Numbered from the stretch's first letter, positions 1 through 10,819 are shown. The stretch: 64,000 bases of DNA from an uncultured Chloroflexia bacterium (GCA_963713975.1 OY970218.1:2304001-2368000), one strand, 5' to 3'. The notes: generated by a model from the sequence alone, not told the origin. Numbers and translations: made by a program.

Positions 1-1
1 G

Positions 2-388
2 GACCCCGGCACGGAGCTGTTCCACGAGGGCCAGGTGACGGACTCGATGTCCATCGTCCTCGTCGGCCGCGTGGCCCTCCGCACCCTCGTCCCGGAGCGG
101 GGCATGGTCACGATCCTGACCGTCGAGCCTGGCGACATCGTCGGCTGGTCGGCCATCGTGCCCCCGCACCGGGCGACGTCCGTGGGGATCGCGATCGAGC
201 CGGTGACGCTCCTGGACTTCCCCGGCGAGCGACTCCGATCGCTCCTGCGGGCCGACAACGCCCTTGCCGCGTCCGTCTACCCGCGGGTCCTCCAGGCCGT
301 GAGCCGACGCCTCTCGGCGACCCGGCTCCAGCTGCTCGACCTGTTCGCACGTGAGGAGTGGGGACGGCCCGAGGTCCAGTCGTGGTGA
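2..388 (+). CDS. cNMP-binding (Crp-like) domain protein, 5' partial
   Basis: Frame is open from the window start: ..TELFHEGQVTDSMSIVLVGRVAL..TVEPGDIVGWSAIVPPHRATS, a typical cNMP beta-roll. Stop overlaps the next GTG (GTGA). Confidence 0.8.
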   Translation, partial: DPGTELFHEGQVTDSMSIVLVGRVALRTLVPERGMVTILTVEPGDIVGWSAIVPPHRATSVGIAIEPVTLLDFPGERLRSLLRADNALAASVYPRVLQAVSRRLSATRLQLLDLFAREEWGRPEVQSW

Positions 389-2424
389 CCGACGAGCGTC
401 TGCCCTACGCACCGTATCCGGTGCCGACCGGGACGGCCGTCGGCGCGCCGCCATCTCCGGTCCTGTCCGGAAACGGAAGCGGGCCATGGTTCCTGGCGCA
501 CGCGAACCTCGGCGTGCTGATCGACCTCCTGCGCGAGGACGGCCGCACGGTGATCGGCCCGACGGTGCAGGACGGCGCGGTCGTCTATGCCGAGATCGAG
601 TCCGTCGACGACCTGCCGACCGGGATCGGCGACGAGCAGGTGGCGGGCCACTATGGCCTGGTCACCCACGGAGACCACAGGGTCTTCGACTACAACGTCG
701 GACCCCTCAGCCCCAAGCGCTGGACGTTCCCGCCGGTCGTGCCGCTCAACGTGGGCCGGCGCGACGGGAAGACTGTCACCTTCGAGCCGGCACCCATCGA
801 TCCGCCGAGGCTCGCCTTCCTCGGCGTCCGCGCATGCGAGCTGGCCGCCCTGGGCATCCAGGATCGCGTGTTCCTCGGCGGCCCGTACACCGACGAGGAC
901 TACCGCGCCCGGCGCCAGAACGCCCTCGTGATCGCCGTCAACTGCACCACATCCGCATCGACCTGCTTCTGTACCTCCATGGGCACCGGGCCCGAGGTCC
1001 GGGGTGGCTACGACCTGGCCATCACGGAGCTCGACGAAGGGTTCGTGATCCGCGCCGGCTCTTCGGAGGGCGCCGACATCGTCGCCCGGATGCCGGTCCG
1101 CGGCGCGGATGCCGGCCAGATGTTCCGGGCCGCCGAAGCGGTTGGCAAGGTGGCCGCTACGATGGGCGACGCCGTCTCGACCGCGGGCCTGCACGACCGG
1201 CTCATGGCCCAGTTCGACAGCCCCCAGTGGGCGAAGGTGGCCGAACGGTGCCTGTCGTGCGCGAACTGCACGATGGTCTGTCCGACCTGCTTCTGTTCCA
1301 GCGTGACGCAGCGGTCCGACCTGGACGGCGGCGTGTCCACGTCCGAACGGGTCTGGGACTTCTGCTTCACCGCCGGTTTTGCCAAGGTTGCCGGTGGCAA
1401 CTTCCGAAGCCGGCCGCGCGACCGCTACCGGCAGTGGCTGACCCACAAGTTCGCGACCTGGGTGGACCAGTTCGGGACGTTCGGATGTGTGGGCTGCGGC
1501 CGATGCATCGCGTGGTGCCCGGTGGGCATCGACATCCGCCAGGAGCTGCTCGCCGTCGCGCCGCCGCTGGCCGTCCGCCCCGAGCCAGCCCACGCGCAGC
1601 CGGTCGCGGCGACGCCGGGCTACTACGCCACCGCGCGGATCGTGTCCGTGCGCACCGAGACCCACGACGTCACCACGCTCACCGTCGGTGACGTGGACCC
1701 TGCGTTCCTGGCCGGGCAATTCGGCCAGTTCGCGATGGTTGCGGTCCCGGCCTTCCCGCCGGTGCCGATCTCCATCTCCCGCTTCGGGCGCGACACGATC
1801 GACCTCACGATCCGGGCTGCAGGTCCGGCGACCGCGGCGATCATCGGGATGGGTCCGCGCGACGAGATCGGCGTGCGCGGCCCGCTGGGGACATCGTGGC
1901 CGATCGAGCGGGCAATGGGCCACGACGTGGTCATTGTCACCGGTGGCATCGGGCTTGCACCGCTGCGGCCGCTGATCGACGGCCTCATCGCCCAGCGCGA
2001 CCGGTTCGAGGCGATCCGCCTCTACTACGGCGCCCGGACCCCGGGCGACCAGCTGTACCGCGAGGAGCTGCGCGGCTGGGCGGCCAGGGGTGACGTGGAC
2101 GTCAAGCTCATCGTCGATCGCGAGGGTCCGGGGTGGACCGGTCCCGTCGGCGTGGTCACCCACCTGTTCGACCGGGAGACCTGGGACGGGGAGCGATCCC
2201 TGGCCTTCGTGTGTGGCCCGGAGCGGATGATGGAGGCCACGGTCGAGGCCCTCGAGGGCCGCGGACTGTCCTCCGATCGAATCTTCGTCACGCTCGAACG
2301 GCACATGGAGTGCGGGATCGGCCTGTGCGGACACTGCCAGACCGGCCGCCTGTTCGTGTGCCGGGACGGGCCCGTGTTCGCCCTCTCACAGCTGGGCGAC
2401 GTCTTCGGCAGGGAGGGCATGTGA
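385..2424 (+). CDS. Group 3b [NiFe]-hydrogenase fused beta (4Fe-4S dicluster, AsrA-like) + gamma (FAD/NAD(P)-binding, 2Fe-2S) subunit
   Basis: N-half has CLSCANCTMVCPTCFC and CVGCGRCIAWCPVGID. C-half has GVRGPLG, TGGIGLAP, VCGPERMM and ERHMECGIGLCGHCQ..VCRDGPVF. Start chosen at the GTGA overlap. Confidence 0.88.
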   Translation: MTDERLPYAPYPVPTGTAVGAPPSPVLSGNGSGPWFLAHANLGVLIDLLREDGRTVIGPTVQDGAVVYAEIESVDDLPTGIGDEQVAGHYGLVTHGDHRVFDYNVGPLSPKRWTFPPVVPLNVGRRDGKTVTFEPAPIDPPRLAFLGVRACELAALGIQDRVFLGGPYTDEDYRARRQNALVIAVNCTTSASTCFCTSMGTGPEVRGGYDLAITELDEGFVIRAGSSEGADIVARMPVRGADAGQMFRAAEAVGKVAATMGDAVSTAGLHDRLMAQFDSPQWAKVAERCLSCANCTMVCPTCFCSSVTQRSDLDGGVSTSERVWDFCFTAGFAKVAGGNFRSRPRDRYRQWLTHKFATWVDQFGTFGCVGCGRCIAWCPVGIDIRQELLAVAPPLAVRPEPAHAQPVAATPGYYATARIVSVRTETHDVTTLTVGDVDPAFLAGQFGQFAMVAVPAFPPVPISISRFGRDTIDLTIRAAGPATAAIIGMGPRDEIGVRGPLGTSWPIERAMGHDVVIVTGGIGLAPLRPLIDGLIAQRDRFEAIRLYYGARTPGDQLYREELRGWAARGDVDVKLIVDREGPGWTGPVGVVTHLFDRETWDGERSLAFVCGPERMMEATVEALEGRGLSSDRIFVTLERHMECGIGLCGHCQTGRLFVCRDGPVFALSQLGDVFGREGM

Positions 2425-3263
2425 TGGTCGCCGTCGCCGCCCGGCCCCGTCTGCGTGTCGGCATCGTCAAGATGGCGTCCTGCGACGGCTGCCAGCTCAC
2501 GCTCCTCGACCTCGAGGACGAGCTGCTGGCGCTCGGGGACCGGTTCGAGATCGTGGAGTTCCCCGAGGCAAGCTCGCTGCGTTCGGCGGGTCCATACGAC
2601 GTCCTGCTCGTCGAGGGCTCGGTGAGCACGCCCGACCAGGCGGCGGAGATCGTGGACCTCCGCCGTGAGGCGAAGCTCCTCGTGACCATCGGGGCCTGTG
2701 CCAGCTACGGCGGCATCCAGGCGCTCCGCAACTGGTCCGATCACGACGAGTTCCGTGCCGCGGTCTACGCCCACCCCGAGTTCATCGAGTCCCTGGCCAC
2801 CGCCACGCCCGTGTCGGACCACGTCAAGGTCGACGCCGAGCTCCACGGCTGTCCGATCAGCCCCGAGCAGCTCCGCGAGGTGCTGGTCTCGGTCGCGGTC
2901 GGGCGCCGTCCCCAGATCCGCGAGGAGGCCGTGTGCCTTGAGTGCAAGCGTCGTGGCGCCGTCTGCGTGATGGTCGCGCGCGGCATCCCCTGCCTGGGGC
3001 CCGTGACGCAGAACGGCTGCGGGGCGCTATGCCCCACCTTCGGTCGCGGCTGTTACGGCTGCTTCGGGCCGCGGGAGCAGGCGAACACGGACAGCCTCGC
3101 GCACGTGTTCGAGATGGGTGGTCGCGAAGGGGAGGATCTCAGCCGCCTGTTTGCGGGGTTCACCGGCTGGGCCGGCCCGTTCCGCGCCATCGTCGGCGAG
3201 CACGGGGGTCCTCCCGGCATGACGCCGGCGGCCTCTACGGAAGGAGTCCGCGATGGGCGGTGA
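2424..3263 (+). CDS. hyhS: Group 3b [NiFe]-hydrogenase small (delta) subunit
   Basis: Motifs SCDGCQ, EGS, GACASYGG, GCP, CLECK, CLGPVT..GCGALCP..GCYGCFG. Start overlaps the upstream stop. Confidence 0.9.
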   Translation: MVAVAARPRLRVGIVKMASCDGCQLTLLDLEDELLALGDRFEIVEFPEASSLRSAGPYDVLLVEGSVSTPDQAAEIVDLRREAKLLVTIGACASYGGIQALRNWSDHDEFRAAVYAHPEFIESLATATPVSDHVKVDAELHGCPISPEQLREVLVSVAVGRRPQIREEAVCLECKRRGAVCVMVARGIPCLGPVTQNGCGALCPTFGRGCYGCFGPREQANTDSLAHVFEMGGREGEDLSRLFAGFTGWAGPFRAIVGEHGGPPGMTPAASTEGVRDGR

Positions 3264-4608
3264 CAAGGGCGGCGCGCTCGTCAAGGACGCTCCCGGCGCC
3301 GAGCGCGAGTTCAAGGTCCCGTACATCACCCGGGTCGAGGGAGAGGGCAGCCTGGACCTGCGGGTCCGCGACGGAGAGGTGGTCGAGGCGCGCCTGAAGA
3401 TCTTCGAGGCGCCCAGGTACTTCGAGCGCATCGTCGTGGGCCGGACCGGCGACGAGGTCATCGACATCGTCGCGCGCATCTGCGGCATCTGCCCCATCGC
3501 CTACCAGATGACCGCGGTCCACGCCTTCGAGGACTGCTACGGAGTGGAGATCGACCCGGCGGTCCGTGCGCTCCGCCGTCTCCTCTACAGCGGCGAGTGG
3601 ATCCAGAGCCACGCCCTGCACGTGTACCTGCTGCACGCTCCGGACTACCTCGGCTATCCGTCCGCGCTGGCGATGGCCGTGGACCACCGGGCGGTCGTGG
3701 AGCAGGGCCTTGCCCTCAAGAAGGTCGGCAACCAGCTGATCGCGGCCCTCGGCGGCCGGCCGATCCACCCCATCTCCGTGCGGGTGGGCGGCTTCTCCAA
3801 GATCCCGCGACGTGCCGACCTGGACGGGATCCGCCAGGCGCTTGACACGGCCGTGGAGCAGTCGCTCGCGACCGTCCGCCTCGTGGCCACGTGGGATCCC
3901 CCTGCGCTCGAGCACCCGCAGCCCCTCGTGGCGATGCGGCACCCGGACGAGTATCCGTACAACGACGGCCGGATCGTGTCGTCCGATGGGCTGGATATCG
4001 CGCTCGGAGCGTGGACCGAGGCATTCGAGGAGCACCAACTGGAGGGCTCCAATGCCCTCCACGCGAGGACCAGGGATGGCGAGGTCTACCTCCTGGGCCC
4101 GACCGCCCGCCTCGCCCTCGCCGAGGAGGGCCTGCATCCCATCGCGCGCGAGGCCCTCGAGGCCACCGGCCTCCGCGACGCCATCAGGACGAACATCCAC
4201 CGCTCGATCGTGGCCCGGGCGGTCGAGCTCCTGCACGCCTGCGCCGAAGCCCGGGACATCATCGACGGCTACCGCCCGTCGTCCGCGCCAAAGGTCCCAT
4301 GGTCGCCACGCGCCGGTGTGGCCGCCTGGTCCACGGAAGCCCCTCGGGGACTCCTCCACCACCGGTACGAGATGGACGAGAAGGGCCACGTGGTCCACGC
4401 CCAGATCGTCCCCCCCACGAGCCAGAACCAGGGAGCCATCGAGGCCGATCTGACGGCGTTCGCGCCGAGCGTCCTCGATCTTCCCCATGCCGAGGCGGTC
4501 CACCGCCTGGAGATGCTGGTCCGGGCCTACGACCCGTGCATCAGCTGCGCGACCCACTTCCTCGATCTCCGGATCCTGGAGTCGGGCGCAGACGAGGGAA
4601 TCACATGA
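3253..4608 (+). CDS. hyhL: Group 3b [NiFe]-hydrogenase large (alpha) subunit
   Basis: RVEGEG, L1 RICGICPIAY, EAPRG and L2 DPCISCATH, followed by a cleavable C-terminal extension. Confidence 0.95.
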   Translation: MGGDKGGALVKDAPGAEREFKVPYITRVEGEGSLDLRVRDGEVVEARLKIFEAPRYFERIVVGRTGDEVIDIVARICGICPIAYQMTAVHAFEDCYGVEIDPAVRALRRLLYSGEWIQSHALHVYLLHAPDYLGYPSALAMAVDHRAVVEQGLALKKVGNQLIAALGGRPIHPISVRVGGFSKIPRRADLDGIRQALDTAVEQSLATVRLVATWDPPALEHPQPLVAMRHPDEYPYNDGRIVSSDGLDIALGAWTEAFEEHQLEGSNALHARTRDGEVYLLGPTARLALAEEGLHPIAREALEATGLRDAIRTNIHRSIVARAVELLHACAEARDIIDGYRPSSAPKVPWSPRAGVAAWSTEAPRGLLHHRYEMDEKGHVVHAQIVPPTSQNQGAIEADLTAFAPSVLDLPHAEAVHRLEMLVRAYDPCISCATHFLDLRILESGADEGIT

Positions 4609-5123
4609 CCCAGCTCGCCCCGCCGTCGGTCCGTCTTCTCATCTGCGGCAACGCGGACCGGGGAGATGACGGAGCGGCCCTGAGCGCCGTTGCCACGCTC
4701 CTGCCGTCGCTGCCGTCAGCCCTGCTCGAGCGCATCGAGGTCCGCCGTTGCGGCCACCTCCGCGTGGAGGACCTGACCGACGTTCCGGCGGGTGAGCTGA
4801 CCCTCGTGGTCGATGCCGCCGTGGGCATTCCGCCTGGCCACGTCGTCACCCTGCCGATCCGCCAGATCCTGTCGGACGCCGCGTCCCCCGCGCCCCGGTC
4901 GTCGCACGAGCTGCCGATCGACCAGGTCCTCGGCCTGGCGGACACGCTCCGCCCGGGCGGCCTGCCGGGCGGCACGTTCATCGGCATCGGGGGGCGGAGG
5001 TTCGGCTACGGCCGCCCCCTGTCGAGATCGGTGCGGCTCAACATGGCGACCTTCCAGGCCGCGATCGCCGCCGAGCTTGGGCGCCTGACGCGCGTGCCCG
5101 AGGGCCCTGCCGCTTCGGGGTAG
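4605..5123 (+). CDS. Hydrogenase maturation protease
   Basis: CGNADRGDDG, VVDAA and SSHEL motifs; ATGA overlap with the large-subunit stop. Confidence 0.88.
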   Translation: MTQLAPPSVRLLICGNADRGDDGAALSAVATLLPSLPSALLERIEVRRCGHLRVEDLTDVPAGELTLVVDAAVGIPPGHVVTLPIRQILSDAASPAPRSSHELPIDQVLGLADTLRPGGLPGGTFIGIGGRRFGYGRPLSRSVRLNMATFQAAIAAELGRLTRVPEGPAASG

Positions 5124-5178
5124 GCCCAGGGTCGCCGCCGGGCCCGATGCGCCCCGGAGCAGTCCGTCCGCGCCCGGG

Positions 5179-6204
5179 TCAGCCCAGGACCGCGCGCAGG
5201 AAGCGGCATGCCCGCAGGGTCACCCACGGGCTCGCGACACCCGGCTCGTCGACGTCCGCCCAGAGCTTGCCGCGATACGGGTACTCGTTCCGCCACCGGC
5301 CGGCCTCGTCCTGCTTGGCCAGGATCCGGTCCGCCAATGGGCCCAGGCGGGGGTCGGCCGCGTGCCCGGCGTCCACGAGCACCTCGCCGGCCTGCAGGAT
5401 GTCCGCGACGTACCCGGACGGGAACCCGAGCCGGAACCACCCGCGCGAGATGCCCCCACCCCAGCCAGCCGGGTAGGCCGCCACGGACGGATCGACCGAC
5501 AGCAGCAGATCGGCGCCCGCGGCGATCCCTGCCTCGACCAGCGGATCCCGCTCGTCCCTCGGGATGGCCTCGAGGCCCCGGAGCGCCTTCACTGCACCCC
5601 AGGCACACGGTAGGCCCTCGTTGACGCCGCAGGCGAAGCCCGGCCCGGACGTACCCGAAGCGTAGTACCGCGGGGCGCCTGGACCTCCGACGATCGCGCG
5701 TGCCTGCCAGTCCACCGCCGCGGCAACCCTCGGGTCGCGCAGCCACCCGAGGGCGATCAGCGCCCGCAGCAGGTTGCCGCCCAGGCAGTGGAGGACCGAG
5801 GAGGGTGGCGGGGGCCGGTCCGCCCGGTGGGACCCGGAACAGCCGAAGCCCCCGGAGTCCGCCTGCGTGTGGGCGAGCACGTACTCGCAGCCCGCGGCGA
5901 TCCGGGGGTCGTCTGGATCCGCGCCCAGCTGTTCGAGCACGATCAGGCTCCAGACCGTGCCCCGGTACTTGGGGGCGTACCCGGGTCCCGGTTTGACCCA
6001 CCATCCCGCCGGGTCCTGGGCATCGAGGATGGGCGCGATGGGCCCACCCGCCATGGCGGCTGCCCGCGCCGCGACGACATCCGGGTCGTCGGCGGGCCGA
6101 TCCTCGAGCCAGCGGAGGGCGAGTTGTGCGACGGCGGGCCGTGAAGCGTCGAGAAGCCATGGCCTCGGGTCGCCACGGAGCGAGTCCAGCCACCGGGCGG
6201 CCAT
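5179..6204 (-). CDS. Prenyltransferase/squalene-cyclase-like (alpha/alpha toroid) repeat protein
   Basis: QW-like repeats ILDAQDPAGWW, LAHTQADSGGF and ILAKQDEAGRW; last gene of the OFOR operon. Confidence 0.6.
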   Translation of the reverse strand: MAARWLDSLRGDPRPWLLDASRPAVAQLALRWLEDRPADDPDVVAARAAAMAGGPIAPILDAQDPAGWWVKPGPGYAPKYRGTVWSLIVLEQLGADPDDPRIAAGCEYVLAHTQADSGGFGCSGSHRADRPPPPSSVLHCLGGNLLRALIALGWLRDPRVAAAVDWQARAIVGGPGAPRYYASGTSGPGFACGVNEGLPCAWGAVKALRGLEAIPRDERDPLVEAGIAAGADLLLSVDPSVAAYPAGWGGGISRGWFRLGFPSGYVADILQAGEVLVDAGHAADPRLGPLADRILAKQDEAGRWRNEYPYRGKLWADVDEPGVASPWVTLRACRFLRAVLG

Positions 6205-6210
6205 GTCGCG

Positions 6211-6762
6211 CTACGCGATGACCGGTTCCAGACCGGCCTCGTAGCCGGCATCGAAGGCAGCCAGGTCGGCCGCGACCAGGTCCGGCCGCTTGTCGCCGAG
6301 CAGGATCGCGAGCGCCCGGTGGACGCTCGCGGGCTCCACGAACCGCCGCCGTCCGACCAGTGCCCCCAGCGCCACCACGGAGACCAGCTTGTCGTCGCCC
6401 GCCCGGCGTGCCAGCGACGTGCACGGGACCTCGAGGACGTCCAGATCATCGCGACCGGGCTCCGCCTCGATCAGCGTGGTGTTCACCACCAGCAGCCCGC
6501 CCTCGGCCACCAGTGGTGCGTACCTCGCCATCGACGGCGGGTTGAGGACGACGGCATGGTCCGCGCGGTCCACGACGGGGGAGCCGATCACCCGGTCCGC
6601 GACGATCACCGTGCAGGACGCCGTGCCGCCGCGCATCTCCGGACCGTATGAGGGGATCCACAGGACCTCCCGGCCCTCCAGCATGGCGGCCTCGGCCAGC
6701 ACCTTGCCGGCGAACAGGATGCCCTGGCCACCGAACCCGGCGAAGATGGTCGAGCGCTCCAT
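6211..6762 (-). CDS. 2-oxoacid:ferredoxin oxidoreductase gamma subunit
   Basis: AGFGGQG and SYGPEMRGG motifs; GGAGGAG SD upstream of the ATG at 6762. Confidence 0.92.
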   Translation of the reverse strand: MERSTIFAGFGGQGILFAGKVLAEAAMLEGREVLWIPSYGPEMRGGTASCTVIVADRVIGSPVVDRADHAVVLNPPSMARYAPLVAEGGLLVVNTTLIEAEPGRDDLDVLEVPCTSLARRAGDDKLVSVVALGALVGRRRFVEPASVHRALAILLGDKRPDLVAADLAAFDAGYEAGLEPVIA

Positions 6763-6764
6763 GC

Positions 6765-7642
<878 letters not shown>

Positions 7643-7646
<4 letters not shown>

Positions 7647-8830
7647 CGCCCGCCCTCCTCGTCCGGGGTTCCGGCGGGGATCGGCGTGCCTGCTCCCGCG
7701 AGCGACCACGCACGGCGAGCCGCGGCCACGACCTCGTCCGGGGTGGGCACGACGCCGCCCATGCGGCCGTGGAGGGTCACGGGGACCGCCCCTGCGATCG
7801 CGAGGCGGACGTCCTCGACCAGCTGCCCGGCCGACAGCTCCACGGTCAGGACGGCTCGGGCCGTGGCCGCTGCGTTGCGCAGCTCGGCCGCGGGGAAGGG
7901 CCACAGCGTGATCGGTCGGAACAGGCCCGCCCGCAGTCCCTGCGATCTTGCCCGCTCCACGGCGGTCCGGGCGACCCGTGCCGCCGTCCCGTAGGCGACC
8001 AGGATCACCTCGGCATCCTCGAGGTCCTCGCCGGCCCACCGGATCTCACGATCCGTGATCTCGGCGTAGGTGGCCTGGAGGGCCAGGTTGGTCCGCTCGA
8101 GGTCCTCGGCGTGGAGGTTGAGCGACCTGATGGAGCGCGGCTCGCGTCCTGCCGCACCCTCGATATTCCAGTCCGGGGACTGTCGCTCGAGCTGCGGGAA
8201 CGTGGGCTGCACGGGTTCCATCGCCTGGCCCAGGATCCCGTCGGCAAGGATCATCACGGGCGTCCGGTAGCGCTCGGCCAGCGCGAAAGCGTCTCCGACC
8301 AGCTCGATGGCCTCGGCGATCGACGACGGGGCGAGGACCGGGACGTGGTAGTCGCCGTGACCGTGGCCCTTCGTGGCCTGGAGGTAGTCGGCCTGCGCGG
8401 CTCCGATGCCGCCGAGGCCGGGCCCGCCACGCATCACGTTCACGACGACGCATGGCAGCCGGGAGCCGGCCATGTAGCTCATGCCCTCGGCCATGAGGCT
8501 GATCCCGGGGCTGGAGCTCGAGACCATGACCCTCGCCCCGGCGGCAGCGGCCCCCAGGGCCATGTTGATCGCCCCGAGCTCACTCTCCGCCTGGACGAAG
8601 ACGCGACCCTCCTCCGGCATCCGGCGCGCCATCCACTCAAGCAGCTCCGCCTGGGGGGTGATCGGGTAGCCGAAGTAGGCGTCGCACCCTGCCGCGATCG
8701 CGGCCTCGGCGATCGCCTCGTTGCCCTTCATCAGGACGCGGCCCCCGGTGGCGGACGGGTTGCCGGTGCCCGGATCTGGGGCCACGAGGTGGGGGGGCGC
8801 AACCCCCGCCGTTCGAGCGAGGACGGCCAT
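7643..8830 (-). CDS. 2-oxoacid:ferredoxin oxidoreductase alpha subunit (VorB-like)
   Basis: [28 protein letters not shown] and MRGGPGLG motifs. Confidence 0.92.
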
Positions 8831-8835
8831 GCGAC

Positions 8836-9120
8836 TCAGGCCTCCCTGGGGCGGGCGAAGACGGTAAGGGCGGCATCGGGGCACATCCGGGCGCACTTGG
8901 CGCAGCTGGTACACGCCTCGGGGCGAACCAGGTGGACCGCGTGATGGCCCATCGCGTTCACGGATTGGGTGTCGAGGGCGAGCGCGCCGGGCTGACAGGC
9001 GTCGATGCACAGGCCGCAGCCCTTGCAGCGATCGCGCGCGACCAGGATGGGCCGGAACGATTGGGTGCCGCCGTCCTGGCGCCGGAATGGGGCGTCGACC
9101 AGCGGTGCGGACTGGGCCAT
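8836..9120 (-). CDS. 2x[4Fe-4S] ferredoxin, OFOR delta subunit
   Basis: [12 protein letters not shown] and [13 protein letters not shown]; GGAGGT SD. Confidence 0.9.
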   Translation of the reverse strand: MAQSAPLVDAPFRRQDGGTQSFRPILVARDRCKGCGLCIDACQPGALALDTQSVNAMGHHAVHLVRPEACTSCAKCARMCPDAALTVFARPREA

Positions 9121-9181
9121 GCTTGGCACCTCCAGGACCCGAGGATGGGCTGCTAGCGGTCGGCGCGCGAGGACCCAAACG

Positions 9182-9682
9182 TCATCTCTGCGAGGGCCGG
9201 TCATCCCCTCTGCCGACGAGGGCATCCACCCGGTCCGGCGTGCCTACGCGCGGAGGTTCATCGCCGGCCAGCGCCCGCACGTGGGCCACCAGCTCCTGCT
9301 CCGAGAGGCGCTCCGCCGCAGCCGAGTGCACCACGCGTCGTCGTCCGTGATGACGGTCGGCCTCGCGCAGGGTTCGCTCCAGCTGGCCGCGGAGCACGCC
9401 CGGCCCGACGACCATCACGTCGTCGATGACGGGGACGCGGTCCGCAACGTTGCCAACGAACTGGCGCAGGCTATCGCGCCGGGCTCGCTCGGCGGCGTCG
9501 GCCGTGCCTCCTCCCTGCCGAACCGCCGGGTCCATGCGGACGTGGCCGCTCGACTTGTGTCGCCCCGGCACGTCGGAGCGGATGCGCTCCACGGTCGCCC
9601 GGTCGTCCCAGCGCACCACGATGGCTTCCTCGCTGTCGATCCAGACAAGGGTCGTCGCTCCCTCGTCCCTTCGCGCGTGCAT
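9182..9682 (-). CDS. Host-attachment / bacterial eRF1-like (baeRF) family protein
   Basis: VWIDSEEA near the N-terminus, RQFVGNVADRV..VMVVGPG core and ERLSEQELVAHVR end; family recognised from memory. Confidence 0.6.
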   Translation of the reverse strand: MHARRDEGATTLVWIDSEEAIVVRWDDRATVERIRSDVPGRHKSSGHVRMDPAVRQGGGTADAAERARRDSLRQFVGNVADRVPVIDDVMVVGPGVLRGQLERTLREADRHHGRRRVVHSAAAERLSEQELVAHVRALAGDEPPRVGTPDRVDALVGRGDDRPSQR

Positions 9683-9880
9683 GGATCGCTCCGATCGGCG
9701 GGTCCGCTGGACCCGCACCACATGTCGGCCGCCAGGGCCCTGCGACCCCAAGGGCGCCTCCCGCAGCATGCGCACGGGCGAGGGTGTTTGCCAGTGGCAT
9801 CCGGCGGTCCTGCGACAGCCCGATGGCCCGTCGTCCCCAAGCCCGGCTCTGCCGTGCACGGCCGTTTCGACGACCGGGCG

Positions 9881-9942
9881 CCGGCCCGTAGACCGCCGGC
9901 CCGCAGTCCGGCCCGTAGACCGCCGGCCCGCAGTCCGGCCCG
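9881..9942. repeat. 27-bp direct tandem repeat (2.3 copies)
   Basis: CCGGCCCGTAGACCGCCGGCCCGCAGT at 9881 and 9908, then CCGGCCCG at 9935. Confidence 0.9.
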
Positions 9943-9999
9943 GGCCATCGCGACCGCCGGGACCCGGGAGGTCCCGGCCGCTTGTGACGGATGGCACTC

Positions 10000-10015
10000 A
10001 TGCGCATTTGCGAAT
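10000..10015. promoter_or_regulatory. Putative ArsR/SqrR-type operator
   Basis: Imperfect palindrome ATGCGCA-TT-TGCGAAT (ATGC-N8-GAAT) abutting TACCAT, just upstream of the ArsR gene. Confidence 0.5.
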
Positions 10016-10033
10016 ACCATGATGATTGCACGC

Positions 10034-10378
10034 ATGGACGAGATCACGATCCTGCAGGCCGAGGTCCTGAAGACGCTCGCAAACCCCCGACGCTTGGAGA
10101 TCCTCCACCGCCTGGCGGAGGGACCCTGCGAAGTGCGACGGCTCGCCGACGAGCTCGGTGTCAGCCAGCCCAACGTCTCCCAGCATCTCTCGGTCCTGCG
10201 GAACGCGGGTCTCGTGGACGCGGAGCGCGACGGTCGCGAGGTCAGGTACCGGCTTGCCGATCCCGACGTCATCACCGCGTGCGCCGTCATGCGCGGCGTC
10301 CTCCAACGCCGCCTCAGTCGACTCGGCCGCCTATCGCTTCAAGATCAGGTCGCCACTGAGCTCGTGGAGATCCAGTAG
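10034..10378 (+). CDS. ArsR/SmtB family transcriptional regulator (possible persulfide sensor)
   Basis: LKTLANPRRLEIL..SQPNVSQHLSVLRNAGLV..R.GREVRY; two Cys (GPCEV, TACAV). Confidence 0.9.
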   Translation: MDEITILQAEVLKTLANPRRLEILHRLAEGPCEVRRLADELGVSQPNVSQHLSVLRNAGLVDAERDGREVRYRLADPDVITACAVMRGVLQRRLSRLGRLSLQDQVATELVEIQ

Positions 10379-10399
10379 TCAAGGCGAGGAGCCACGCGC

Positions 10400-10813
10400 A
10401 TGGACGAATCCATCAACCTGGTGCTGTTCTCGGGCACGGATGACAAGCTGCAGGCTGCCGCCGTGATGGCCGCCGGGGCCGCCGCCCTGGGCAAGCCCGT
10501 CAACATCTTCCTGCAGTACTGGGCGCTCCGCAGCTTCACTAAGGCTGAGATCGGCGCCGATCATGGCCTTGCCGCCGAGGCCGGCGAGACCGGCCGCCAG
10601 AACGTGGATGCCCTTGCGAAGGCTGGACAGGCCAGCTGGGCCGAGACTCTGCGCCAGGCCAAGGAGCTGGGCGAGGTCGACATCCAGGCCTGCTCGCTGT
10701 CCATGGACGTCCTCCAGATCGAGGACGAGGACCTGGACCCGCTCGTGGATGGCGTCGAGGGCGTGACCGCCTTCTATCTCAATGCCGGCGACGGCCGCAT
10801 CATCTTCATCTAG
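10400..10813 (+). CDS. DsrE/DsrF-like sulfur carrier (DsrE2 family)
   Basis: LVLFSGTDDKL..AAALGKPVNIFLQYWAL..QACSLSMD; C-terminal IIFI. Confidence 0.82.
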   Translation: MDESINLVLFSGTDDKLQAAAVMAAGAAALGKPVNIFLQYWALRSFTKAEIGADHGLAAEAGETGRQNVDALAKAGQASWAETLRQAKELGEVDIQACSLSMDVLQIEDEDLDPLVDGVEGVTAFYLNAGDGRIIFI

Positions 10814-10819
10814 GAGAGC

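Noticed and set aside
277-2334. Long antisense ORFs (for example 277-2334, 45764-48712, 48271-50481, 19056-20744)
   Set aside because: Shadow frames of well-supported genes; stop codons are scarce at this GC content and the translations carry no motifs.
5179-6204. Possible nifH label (similar proteins are, as I recall, sometimes annotated so)
   Set aside because: No P-loop GKGGIGKS or NifH Cys motifs.
9881-9942. Possible CRISPR repeat
   Set aside because: Copies are directly adjacent with no spacers, and no cas genes are present.
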